A stretch of DNA of 64,000 bases, taken from assembly GCF_036588685.1 (NCBI RefSeq), contig NC_086374.1:44578001-44642000 (forward strand), given 5' to 3'. Source of the DNA: Mytilus trossulus (taxonomy: Eukaryota). Shown here piece after piece: positions 37,078-61,876 of the stretch (positions are counted from its first letter, which is position 1; every line of letters starts with the position of its first letter). The notes under the pieces are model-generated. The model ran no database searches and was not told where the DNA came from. It saw only the letters and a list, made by a program, of their open reading frames with translations. The translations under genes and the position numbers were made by a program.

Positions 37078-40000
37078 TCACATGAACAGACCACCTGTAA
37101 AATAGATATAAATAGATTGATTGATTGTTGTTTGCTCAAAATCCAGTGGCAAATAGATAAAGATAAAAATAGAAACATAGGCTCTTTTAAGAAATTCTCT
37201 GAAACTGATATTATCAAGATGCTTGATTTCTTGATTGACAACATATTTGTTACTTTTGGAGGACATTCCAATGGGAACAAATTGTGCCCCTCTACTTTCT
37301 GACTTGTTTCTTTATTATTATGAGGCTGACTTCATGCAGGAACTTCTTAGGAAGAGAGATAAGAAGTTAGAGATATCCTTTAACTCTAATTTCCACTATA
37401 AAGATGATGTTCTTTCCCTAAATAATTCAAAATTTGGTGACAATGTGGAAAGCATCTATTCCATCGAACTAGAGATAATGTATACTACAGATTATTTGCT
37501 TCATGGTAATACTATGATAATTTGATAAAAAAAAAATTTGACTGGAACCAACATCAAAAACGAATTAATTTCTGAATATGGTTTGAATACAACTAATGTT
37601 CTCCAGCTGAGCATATAGTTAGCAATATTCAATGTAATTTATACAAAGTGCCTTACAATCTGGTTTATTGTGTTAAAGTGCCCTTTCAGAAAAGGAGCAC
37701 TCTTTTTCTCTGAGATTCAAGCTGGAACACTGTTAGTTAGTATATTATAAAAAGTAATTTTCAGTTTTATTTTCTTTTAGTCTTTTAGTATAAAAATTGG
37801 TTGGGCTCCTAAAATTTCAACTGGGCCCCTGAAAAAAATATCTTAGGGGCCCAGCTGGCCCTTAGAGAAAAACAGTTAAGTTTAGTCCCTGCAGATACAG
37901 TTGAGTAGGCCTCATATCTTGACTTACACCTAGAAATTGACAAAGAGGGTCGGTTGAAAACAAAACAAGCTTTCCAATTGTGAACTTTCCATTTCTAAGT
38001 AGCAACATTCCAGCAGCACCTGCATACCGGGTATATATCTCCCAATTGATACGATTGCTTGCATTACCTATCATGATTTTCTTGAAATAGGGTTGTTGCT
38101 CACAAGGAAGCTATTAAACTAAGAGTTCCAAATGGTGAAGTTGAAATCATCCCTTTGTAAATTTTACGGATGCCATCACAAGTTGGTTGACCGTTATGGA
38201 ATAACCTTTTCACGAATGATATCGGATATGTTCCATACGTCGTAACTACAATCCCCTTCCCTTTCATGAAAGTGACCTACCAAATTATACTATTTACTGT
38301 ATTTGTTATCACATAAGCAACACAACAGGTGTCACATGTGGAGCAGGATCTGCTTACCCTTCCAGAGCACCTGAGATCACCCGTAATTTTATGGTGGGGT
38401 TCGTGTTGTTTATTTCTTAGTTTTCTGTGTTGTGTCATGTGTGCTGTTGTTTGTCTGTTTGTCTTTTTTATTTAGAGCCATGGCGTTGTCAGTTTATTTT
38501 CGATTTATGAGTTTGACAGTCCCTTTGGTATCTTTGGTCCCTCTTTTTTAATATACAGTGGATTTCTTTATAATCTTGAGTAGTAATTTTCATTGATTGA
38601 GGAAAAATTAAACATTCATGGATATACCAATTTCTATGTACAGGCCTTTTAAAATTGGTAATTGATTGAAAATCTTATTTGTAGTTTAACTTTTTACCAG
38701 ATGCTCTGCAGGGTACAGCTTAATATGACCGCAGAGTTCGAACTCTGAACAGTTGGGGCAAGTATGGACACAACATTCAAGCTTGATACAGCTCTTAATT
38801 TGGATTGTGATTAAAAAGTTGACACAACATAGGTTTTTGACATAGAATGAATGTGGTCTAAGAATTTAAACTTAAAAATTTTTTAATTGGACATTTACCT
38901 TTTATGGTCCAATATCCAAAATCTAAATACATGGTTACATTCAGCATATCAAAGAACCCCAAGAATTCAATTTTTGATGAAATCAAAAAAATTTGATTTT
39001 AGACCCTTTAGACCTCAATGTGGACCAATTTGATAACCGGGCCTAAATATAAAAAATCTAAATACATGGTTAGATTTAGCATATATCAAAGAACCCCATA
39101 TATTAAAAAAAAAATCAAATTTTGGACCCCGATTTGGACCAACTTGAAAACTGGGCCAATAATCAAAAATCTAAATACATGTTCAGCATATCAAAGAACC
39201 CCAAGGATTCAATTTTTGTTGAGATCAAACAAAATTATATTTTGGACCAAGATTTGGACCAACTTGAAAACTGGTCTAATAAGCAAAAATCTAAGTACAT
39301 GTTTAGATTCAGCATATCAAAAAACCGCAAGAATTAATTTTTTGTTAAAATCAAACTAAGTTTAAATTTGGACCCTTTGGACCTTAATGCAGTCCAATTT
39401 AAAAACAGGACCAAAAATTAAGAATCTACATACACAGTTAGATTCGGCATATCAAAGAACCCCAATTATTCAATTTGTGATGAAATCAAACAAAGTTTAA
39501 TTTTGGACCCTTTGGGGCCCTAATTTCTAAACTGTTGGTACCAAAACTCCCAAAATCAATCTTAACTTTCCTTTTACGGTCATAAACCTTGTGTTTAAAG
39601 GTCATAGATTTCTATTCACTTATACTAAAGTTATGGTGCGAAAAACCAATGTGTCTTCAGATGAGGACGAGGACGACGACTTCATACCAATATATGACCG
39701 CAAAAATTTTTGCAGTCGTATAAAAATTGATATTAAAATAATATTATAATAGTGAAAAATAGTACAATATTTTTTTTTCATTTTTCAGACATAGGTCTTA
39801 ATGACTTACAAATAACCTTTAATGTAAATTCATTGAAATAAATGTATATATGTCTTTTGTGTATTTTGCTGTAGTGTTGTATTGAATGATGCAGTCTTTT
39901 CATTATTTTGTCTATCAGCTGGGACCCTGCTGTTTAATTGATTGATTGATGGATTTGTGTTTAACCCCACTTTCAATACTATTGTGCTATTTAGTCACGG

Positions 40001-43000
40001 TCAGTTTTTACTGGTGGAGGAAGCTGGAATGTCATAGAGAACCACTGACCTCCGATGTGAAAACTGACATTCCTAGTCAAATAAGATTGGAGTCAAGTGC
40101 ACCTGCCTCATGCAGGATTAGCTATGTACATGTATGTAGAAACTGATGACAATGTTTAAAACATTTTTTGGTGTAGGATTCTTAAAATTAAATCTCTTTT
40201 AGTAAATTTAGACAAAAATTGGTAAACTGTAGATTCATTTGATTTCTATCCATACCTGAGACTTCCAAAGTAGCACCAGTAATGTATCTACTTTTATCAG
40301 ACGCCAAAAAAACACAGGCATCAGCTATGTCTGCAATACAAACAAAGTATATATTTAGTGATGAGTGATGAAAGTTTCACATAGGCAGTACTTACGTTAA
40401 AAAGTGAAAATTACTATTCGAGGAATCATCTGAAAAGCTAAATCAACCTTGTTTTAAAACAAGAATATATATCCATGCATATATAGGAACATCATGCCTT
40501 GCTTTTCAAAAATAGTTGTCTTATTACAGATATAAAAAAGAAGATGTGGTATGATTGCCAATGAGACAACTGTCCACAAGAGACCAAAATGACACAAAGA
40601 TTAACTATATATAGGCCACAGTACGGTCTTCCAGATGTTCCTTTTTGAATCCTTTAAATTTTGAGGCATTTTTCTCTTTTCTTTATTTTTTAGCACCCCA
40701 TTCTTTTCTATTCTTTAAGCTGAAGATGTAGAATAATATAATTACTCTGCATATTTTTTATCAATAAGGCAAAATACTTTCCAGCAGTGTTTGTTAAAAT
40801 TATGAATAGTTAGTATTATTGCTTTTGTTTGCCTAATTTTTATATGTTATACAATCATTGACAGTGATGCTAAAACTAATGAAAATAAAATCATTCATTT
40901 GAGTAATTAATCTGCCTGTGATAGCCACCTTCTGGTTCCCCTAGCGTTGTCATTGGTATCAACATCTGTGTAATCTGCATTAGATGTTCTGGTACATTTT
41001 CTGTCATTGGTGTTTTGATAAAGCCAGGTAAAATAGCATTTACTCTTATATTAAATCTAAAATTAAATTCATATCATATGTTAATTTAGTTTTAGCATAC
41101 AGTCTATCATTAAATTACATAAATGTCAAATATCAAACATATGAAGCTGATTTATCACTAACCTAAAATACATATACTAACACATATTTGTTCCCAAGTC
41201 AAATCTTCTTCGTTTTGAGTTTGAATTTATCCTCTTTTTATGTATAAAAAGAGGTTTTGGGGGTGTACATGTATTTTAATGAAACAGCAATCCAACATAA
41301 AAAAAATAAAAAAATGACTTTTTATCCATTTCAGAATATTTACATGAAGGACAACAGATTGTTTATTATGATTTTGAAATTAATTCACTTCTTGTCATGA
41401 CTCAGAATTGGCTAAACCCAAACTAACACATATACAAATAACTGTGAATACTTGTATTTTATTTAACCTGTATTATATATGTGACTTACTTTGCTACTTC
41501 TTTAGCAGCTGACTTTGTAAAGCCTATTACACCAGCCTTGGATGCTCCATAATTTGTCTGACCAACATTGCCTACCTGTAAATAAGTAAGCATTCCGTTT
41601 GAATGGTTTTACACTAGTAATTTTGGGGCCCTTTATAGCTTGTTGTTCGGTGTGAGCCAAGGCTCTGTGTTGAAGGCCGTACTTTAACCTATAATGGTTT
41701 ACTTTTTAAATTGTTATTTGGATTGAGAGTTGTCTCATTGGCACTCACACCACATCTTCCTATATCTATTTATTAAGCAAGACGAAATGTAAAATGGCCT
41801 AGGCCTTTAATGAAAAAAAAGAACAGAATATACAAGCAAAATTCACAACATTAGATTACTCAAAACATTTCAGTAATGTCAGTAATTGGATAGTAGTAGT
41901 AATTGGAATGTGCTTCAATTTTTTCATTGAAAACCAATAATAAAATGCTGATAGTGAAATGTTAAACACAGAATTGTTTAAAGTTCTTTGAAATTCCACT
42001 ACAGTTGTAATGATTTTCCATTGGGAAAAATTGCAGATGACGCTTTTCCTGCATGAAAATGCATCTGTTTTTACCTGTTGATTTCCTTTTTATTATTCAA
42101 AAACTAATCAATGGGTGTTTTTTAGTTTCTTTTAAGCTGCCCCACTACCATTTTAACAGTTAGGGCTAGATAAATTCAAAATGTTTTTAATACACACATT
42201 GCTCTCTTAATATATGACACATTTTTAAACAAAAATTTAAAATGAAAAGTCAGTTTTTGCTCACTAATGATAGTTGTTCTATAAAAATTTAGCATTTAAT
42301 GAGTTTGTGAGCAAGTAATTTTAAAATGCATCCCACTGGAAAGCATGCTCAATTGAATTACAGATAGTCCTGAGTTGTAGTCCCTGAGAAAAATGCAAGG
42401 AAAATTCCATATATTGTAAGTATGTCAATGTATATATATTAGAAAATATAAGTATTGGGTAAACAGAAATTTGATAAGAGAGAATGTGAAAACACATCAC
42501 AGAACAACATGTACATTCTCAAATGAAGTCAGAAGCATAAATTTTCTGGTAGTAGTTTCTGAGAAAAGGCAACAGATTATTTTAAGGGATGGACAGCCAT
42601 GCTTAAAACAGAAATATCCCCTCATTATGGACTGGGGTATAACATTTTTTTTTCTTCAAATTTACTAATACATGTATCAGTAATGTTACCTATTAATATA
42701 ATATAACTTAATAATTTAATAAAATACCTTCCCAATAATACTTGATAAATTGATGATGGATCCACCACTTAATTTGTTCTCTACAATGGCTTGACTGACA
42801 GCTTTGTTCAACAGAAAAGTTCCCTGAAATAAATGGGAGATAACTCAATACAGATGACTAGAGCATAAATAGATTGATGATGGGGCTTGACTGACAGCTT
42901 TGTTCATCAGATATGTTCCCTGAAATAAATGGGAGATAACCCAATAAAGATGTCTAGAACATAGAAAGATTGGTGATGAGGCTTGACTAACTGCTTTGTT

Positions 43001-46000
43001 CAACAGATATGTTTCCTGAAACAAACGGGAGATAACTCAATATAGATTACAAGAACATAGATAGATTGATGATGGGGTCTGACTGATGGCTTTTTTCAAC
43101 AGATATGTTCCCTGAAATTAATGGGAGATAACCCAATATAGATTGCTTGAATATTGATAAATTGATGATGGAGTCTGAATAATGTCTTTTTTCAACAGAT
43201 ATGTTCCCTGAAATAAATGGGAGATAACCCAATATAGATTGCTAGAATATTAATAAATTGATGATGGGGTCTGACTGATGGCTTTTTTCAACAGATATGT
43301 TCCCGAAATAAATGGGAGATAACCCAATATAGATTGCTAGAACATTGATAGATTGGTGATGGTGGGGCTTGACTTACTGATTTGTTCAAAAGATATGTTC
43401 CCTGAAATAAATGGGAGATAACCCAATAAAGATTGCTAGAACATAGATAGATTGAGGCTTGACTGACTGATTTGTTCAACAGATATGTTCCCTGAAATAA
43501 ATGGGAGATAACCCTATATAGATTACTAGAACATAGATAGATTGGTGATGGTGGGGCTTGACTGACTGATTTGTTCAACAGATATGTTCCCTGAAATAAA
43601 TGGGAGATAACTCAATATAGATTACTAGAACATAGATAGATTGATGATGGGGTCTGACAGCTGGCTTTGTTCAACAGATATGCTCCCTGAAATAGATGGG
43701 AGAACTGACAGCTTTGTTCAACAGATATGTTCCCTGACATAAATGGGAGATAACCCAATATAGATTACTAGAACATTGATAGATTGGTGATGGTGGGGCT
43801 TGACTTACTGATTTGTCCAATAGATATGTTCCCTGAAATAAATGGGAGATAACCCAATATAGATTACTAGAACATAGATAGATTGATGATGGGGTCTGAC
43901 AGCTGGCTTTGTTCAACAGATATGTTCCCTGAAATAAATGGGAGATAACTCAATACAGACTTTTAGAACGTTGATGGATTGGTGATGGGGCTCGGCTGAC
44001 AGGTTTGTCCAACAGATATGTTCCCTGAAAAAATAGGAGATAACCCAATATAGATTGCTAGAACATAGATAGATTGATGATGGGGTCTGACTGATTGCTT
44101 TGATCAACAGATATGTTCCCTGAAATAAATGGTAGATAACTCAATACAGATAACAAGAACATTGATAGATCAATGATGGGGCTTGACTGACAGTCTTGTT
44201 CAACAGATATGTTCCCGGAAATAAATTAAATGGGAGATAACTTAATACTAATTGTTAGAACATTTCAATTTTCATGAGACATTAATCTGTCTGCCTGAAA
44301 GCTTGATAAACTCATTTGATGTATTTCATTAAACATACATGTAAAGAGTAGATCTTTGAAATTCTTCCCTCTCTAATCACCTTGGGGAGTGCTTTCCTTG
44401 TTACAGTAAATTGGAGTTAACTCTGTATCAATTTGAATCTTATCACTAGAGATATTTTCCTAATAGAACTTGTTTCAAATACACAATTAGTTTCAGAAAT
44501 AACTAGAACATACTCATTGTAACAAAAACATATTATATCCCATAATCAAGTTAAACAATGCAATGGAAAATTAGTACAAATAAAAGTTTTGTTAAAGACA
44601 GGTAGATGTCTAATGTTTTTGTAGGTGGTTTGTGTCTGTTTTGTTGACATTTATCCTAACATTCTGTCTTTATGATTCATTTCTCTTATTCTTCTTTACT
44701 ACCTTTAAATTGACATTGATTACATCATCCCACATTTCCTCTTTCATTTTTAACATGTATGTATCTCTAGTGATGCCAGCAGAGTTAACAGCAATTGTAG
44801 GGACTGCCATATATCTATCTCTGATGTCAGTCATCAATGTCAATACTGAGGCTGAGGATGAAACATCAACAGTAAAAGGTTGATGATTTCCTGAAAGTAA
44901 AATGAACAATAGAAATAAAAGTATATGATCATGATGATAAACCAGTTTCTTGACAAATGAGAAATTTAACCTAACTTTCTATATGAACTAGCCTTCATAA
45001 GTACCTACGGTCAATAAACATCTGCTAGTATATATACATGTTTATAAATCTAGGTTATAATACAGTCACTAGTCACCAACCCCATGGTTAGTCACATTGA
45101 AACATTTAAAAAGGGATTAAAATTGGCTGCATCAATACTACCTCAAACCAATAATATGTTACTCAATAGAAGCAAAAATCAAATATTTACTATCAGGACA
45201 GGTAATATACAGGTACTATAAAAATGCATCATAATTTGTTTCAGATTTACAGGTTGTTCAAGTATTATAAAGTATAGTAACTATCAGTATATTTCATTTT
45301 AGATTTTTATTGTATTTCTTACTATGATTCAATGTGATTGTATTTTGTATATAAGTTTACCTCCTGCATGTCCTGTTTCACATGTGAATGTGACAGAGTG
45401 TTTCTAAGGAAAGCATATCTTTCTATCTTATCTTGAAAGCTGTTTACAGTACACTAGTTTTAATATTTGTTTTTTTAACATAAAATTATGACAACAGAAC
45501 TTGCAAGTAATATATTTTACCTTCACTTATTGACTTGAGAGTTTCATGTACTTGGTGTACTCCATCTTTGTTTACATCAGCCATAGCAACCATTGCACCT
45601 TCCTTTGCAAATGCCTGACATATTGCTCGCCCAATACCACTGCCAGCACCTGATTATAAAAAGTATATATAATCAAACACATTTCCCATTATTTTCATCT
45701 GAATTCCAATTGATTTAATTGTAATATTTATTGCATCTAGTAACAAAACTGCTATAATAAGTCATGTAAGTGAATACCACATTTATTTTACCTATTATAA
45801 ATTATTAATACTGGTCAATCAACTAAACTCTTAAACATAACAGATCTGTATTGCATAACAGTTCAATATGACACCCCATCTACATAAAAAAAAACATCAT
45901 TTCTGTGCCTTTTATATCTGACTATACATGCTGTATGGGCTTGCTCATTGTTGAAGGTTCTACAGTGACCTATAGTTGGTAATTTATGTGTCATTTGGTC

Positions 46001-49000
46001 TCTTGTTAAGAGTCATCTCTTTGGCAATCCTTATCACATCTTCTTCTTTTTTATTTACAATAATATATGGAACTCCAACCCCCACCCCCTTTTTGTGGGG
46101 AAACATTTGGCTGATTATATTGGGAATCACTGAAGGCAAGCATGCCTGGAGCAACCCCCTTAGGTCAGTCATCAACCCAACCTCTACATCCCTTATGAAA
46201 AGTTCTGGATCTGCCACTGGCAATCCTACATGTAGCCTCAACCATTGTCAATAATGGGTTAACTCATCAGATGGATATATAGCTGTGGAACTGTAACTCT
46301 TATGGTCCCTTTTTTATTATTTGACCACAAATAGTAAAAAAATAACATAAGGACTAAAGAGCTATGCAGGGTTCTCACTAAGGTGAGTCCATGAGTCCTG
46401 GACTCATCAAAATCTGTCTGGACTTACCATTTTCAAAACTAGTGAGTTCACAGATGCATCAAGATTTAAATATTTTGTATAAACTGAAGACAGTTTAACA
46501 CAAATTTATACATGTATCCTCATTTTATATCTAATGGATATAAATAAACTATTAAAAAGAGAATAACATCATAAACATAAAGACAACAACATTGATTATT
46601 TTTTTTACAAAACCATGTCAAAAAACAGCATTCTTTTACTTTGGGCGGTCCATGAACTGTATCTGAAGATGTACAAAATTAACTATTTAAAAGTTGACTC
46701 CCATAACTTTGTGGTAATATCAGAAGGTTCATCAGTCATGATGACTTTTTTATCATATGAGTTTGTGGTCTAGTGGTCTAGTGGTTCTCGACACACATCA
46801 ACATGAATTTTTTATCATGTGAGTTTGGGTCTAGTGGTTAAGACTGATGGCTATAGTGCTGAAGGTCTTGAGTTTGGTTCTCACCCGGGATTCTAAACAT
46901 GCTAAAAATTCAGTACATCAGACTCACACACATCTCTGGTACTTGGGCTTCCTCCACCATAATAACAGACTACCCAGTGTCCTAGCTAGCACTCCCTTTG
47001 TGTTGGGGTGGGGATTGTCCTTGTAAATATTGTTAACTTGTAAATACGTTAGTGACACATCTCCATTAATCCAAAAAGGGAGTGTACGCAGATTCCATTG
47101 TTCCCTCTCCATGATCTCAGCTCTCGAGTGATGCTCCTAATAACGGTATTGGGTATGTTCGCCCTAATGACATGTTGGCCTTGTGTCCCAGGGCCCTGAG
47201 TTGGTTCGCCCATATAGTCCATAAAATATTAATATTCAGGGCATTGAAGTTGAATAAACTTATTCAGATATTTCTATGGTATATACATGTATGTAGGACT
47301 AAAATCTATGGCGGGTTCCAAATCTATGGCAGATTCCTAATCTATGACAAATGTGACTTTACAAACGCCAAACAACTCAAATCTATGGCAGACTTTTGTT
47401 TTCTCCAAATCTATGGCAGATCTAACATATAACGTCACAATTCAATAACGTCATATTACATCGCCGCCGCCGCAAACAATGGTGGAACCCATAGATTTGA
47501 ACACCATTCTAGATGACAACAATTTGACGATGGTTTACAAAAAGGTGTGACCCATAATCCAGAAAAGGGACACAATGTGCTGTACCAGTCGAAGTCTGCG
47601 ATGAACAGGGACATCGCTTTTTCAGTAACGGATAGTTCAGAAAAGGAGTTATTATAGTAAACATTTTACTGTCTACGGTTGGCAAAGCTTATAAAGTGAA
47701 ACACGAAATTAACAGATACCAATATTATTTAGATCGTCATAACATAAAAAAAGATGCCATAACCATGAATAACATATTATTAGAACATTCAAACTGTTCA
47801 TTTTTATTTATCCCGCTTTTTTTTATTTATGAAAAATCCACCTTCTTGTTTGTTAAGGGACTAAACATTAATTACTAGTTGGTTAAATAAATGCACAGAT
47901 AAGAAAATGTTTATTTTTACAAGGCACGTCATTTCAATCTTGATCAATCTGTATTTATGTTATGAATTCATCATTTACAGTTTTTTTTGCCGCCATGATT
48001 TTGTTGACCAGTATTTATTTTTACGAGGCACGTCATTTCAATCTTGAAGTCTGTATCTACATGTATGTTATGAATATATCATTTACAGGTTTTTTTGCCG
48101 CCACGATTTTGTTGACCAGTATTTACTATTTATTTCACAAATGTTTATAGACATGCTTCCGTTGTCGTACATGCTCACTTGTTTAAATAATGCAAGTTAA
48201 TTGTCGTATGTGTACTGCATTATTTTCCATTTTCCATATACTTGGACACAATAAAAATCCGCCAAAGATTAGGAAATTTCAAAACTTGCCATAGATTAGG
48301 ATTGTAAAAAATCTACCATAGATTTGGGATGGCATGACATCACATTTGCCATAGATTAGCAGGGGCGGATTTAGGCGGGGGCGTGGCGGGCGTGCGCCCC
48401 CCCTAAAATTTGCAAAGCATAGGTTGTCTTCAACTTTTTTAAGTATCACACGAGACCATTCCATCTTTTTAACATTCAAAGTATATAAAACAGTCATTTT
48501 AACAGGATAAGCCTTAGCGTGATTACAAATCAACTTTCCTACGATTTATTTAAGTTCTATAAATATTGTATACTTCAATGGAAGGTGTCAAACGCGGAGT
48601 TGCCTTTTTGACAAATATAATGTTTGGCTTTATAACTACTTTTAACTGAGTGTCATTGATGAGTCTTATGTAGACACATTGGCGATGTGCAAAACAACAT
48701 TTTTTTTTGGTGGTGTTCCTGTATTTTTTTTATGCTACAACTACCCGCACCTTGTCTTTCAAGGTTTAGTTAAGATATTACCTGATATTGCTATATAGAC
48801 ATTTTTACAACAAGTTCTGGTGTCTTGGTTGTAGATTGGTTTGCATAGGAACACAGAATCAAAGTAAAATGTTCACATGATCTTAGGCTTCTGTTTTTAG
48901 GACTGCAGCTTTATAACTGTAGCTTTTCTAGATTTTTACAATTTGTAGGAGACCTTGCCATCACTACTCGGAGGTTCATCGTGGAACATGGACATATTGT

Positions 49001-49904
49001 TTTACCTCTGTCCGTCCATCCGCCACTCAGTCACTTGATATTTGGTACGGAGGAACCAATAGGACGTATACAAATCTAATAAAATCGTTATTGTTTCCCC
49101 CCTGAAGATATTCGATTGATTAATATGAATGCAACACAAGCTTTCCAAGCAACCATTGACATAACATCGCTATATTTTTTATATGGAGGATCAGCTTAAT
49201 TGTGTATTCCGGGCTGAGTTCGAATTCTGTCTCTATCCTTATTGTCTTCAGTCCCGTTTGCTGGGAAATATATGGGGGTAGTTGTTGTTAGGGGAGGATT
49301 TATGTGATTTCAGCTTGAAACTTTAATTTGTCCCTTGCTTTACCACGCAATAATTCGAGATATCTACATTGCACTCTCTTTAGAAAAATATTTCAATAAT
49401 TTTACCTCCAAAATTTTTAAATAAAAAATTTGCGCCCCCCCCGTAACTTGAAATCCTGGATCCGCCCCTGGATTAGGAATAGATCTGCCATAGATTTGGA
49501 ACCCACCATAGATTTGAGTCCTACATATATATATATATTCTTATAATTAAAAGTTTATGGCTTGTTTAGGATCAATATGATCATTAATTGTTCAATGACA
49601 AAATAATTCGGATCACTGATAATTGGGAAACTGTCGTTTGTAGGACAGACAACAATTAGAAGAAAAACAAGATCAGGGCGAACAGGTACTAGAATAGTAG
49701 GCGAACGCCAATCAGGTCGAACGGACCCGAATTCGTAAGGAGGAATCTACCAGTATCATCATATCATGTGGTATTAAAAAAAAAGAGAAGAGTGAAATGT
49801 CATAATATAAATTTTTTGTAGTAGAATTATGTGAAATAAAAAGACTATGGCGAGTTATAACACTAAAATATACCAGTTACAAGTGCAAGTTTCCCAGCAA
49901 GCAT
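37078..49904 (-). CDS. HSD17B8: 17-beta-hydroxysteroid dehydrogenase 8 / 3-oxoacyl-ACP reductase subunit (classical SDR), 249 aa
   Basis: Exons (minus) 49904-49874, 45649-45521, 44890-44703, 42823-42728, 41575-41490, 41056-40929, 40330-40256, 37094-37078; total 750 nt. Motifs: [72 protein letters not shown], and C-terminus EVSGGLFM* matching the vertebrate HSD17B8 ending GGLFM. Confidence 0.93.
37130..38550 (+). mobile_element. Degenerate Penelope-like RT element in HSD17B8 intron 7, interrupted by an insertion at about 37491-37891
   Basis: [47 protein letters not shown] and [10 protein letters not shown], resuming after the insertion with ASYLDL and [19 protein letters not shown]. Frameshifted. 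Confidence 0.75.
38690..39726 (-). mobile_element. Non-autonomous Helentron-like (HINE) element with ~120-bp tandem core repeats
   Basis: Minus-strand start TTTTTATACGACTGCAAAA...GCGGTCATATA inverted repeat followed by a GTC-type microsatellite. Five to six tandem copies of aaaatctaaatacatggttagattcagcatatcaaagaacccc. Confidence 0.7.
42790..44245 (-). repeat. ~96-bp minisatellite (~15 extra units) derived from the HSD17B8 intron3/exon4 junction
   Basis: Recurring tcccatttatttcag|GGAACATATCTGTTGAACAAAGCTGTCAGTCAAGCC (minus strand) at ~90-99-bp spacing, nearly identical to the real acceptor and exon start at 42823. Confidence 0.9.
47292..49525. mobile_element. TIR element with TA target duplication and AATCTATGGCAG subterminal repeats (middle layer)
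   Basis: ~43-bp TIR TGTAGGACTAAAATCTATGGCGGGTTCCAAATCTATGGCAGAT / ATCTGCCATAGATTTGGAACCCACCATAGATTTGAGTCCTACA, flanked by TA on both sides. Confidence 0.8.
48360..49470. mobile_element. TIR element CAGGGGCGGAT...ATCCGCCCCTG with 6-bp TSD (inner layer)
   Basis: 11-bp perfect TIR; GATTAG duplicated at 48354-48359 and 49471-49476. Confidence 0.82.
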
Positions 49905-50088
49905 TTTCAGGGACAGAGGTCAAAGGTGTAATCGTCCTATATTTCTATTTTTAGAACCGGAAACTGAAAGTTGGGGAAACCCCATCCGGGTCGTTGTGAT
50001 GGACGCCCCCATGACACACATCAACATGAAATATTTATCACATCTATTTTAGGTTTCCATGTTATATGTAGTTCTCTGACAGACAAAA
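49905..50088. promoter_or_regulatory. Bidirectional promoter between HSD17B8 and RABGGTB
   Basis: Divergent ATGs at 49904 (-) and 50089 (+) with 184 bp between them. Local GC/CpG enrichment and an ETS-like ACCGGAA at about 49956-49962. Confidence 0.7.

Positions 50089-61876
<11,788 letters not shown>

Larger units (their letters stand above)
47150..49729. mobile_element. Old MITE with GTTCGCC/GGCGAAC subterminal repeats (outer layer of a nest)
   Basis: Imperfect TIR tgggtatgttcgccct / aggtcgaacggacccg, with repeated GTTCGCC motifs at the left end and GGCGAAC at the right end. Confidence 0.5.

Noticed and set aside
43047-44107. Repetitive ORFs resembling SDR sequence; also a superficial CRISPR-like periodicity
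   Set aside because: They are translations of the exon-derived minisatellite. There are no unique spacers or cas genes, and the context is eukaryotic.
46815-47100. tRNA-derived SINE head (GGTCTAGTGGTTAAG...GGTTC)
   Set aside because: A-box-like sequence is visible, but the B box is degenerate and boundaries are unclear; too weak to call.
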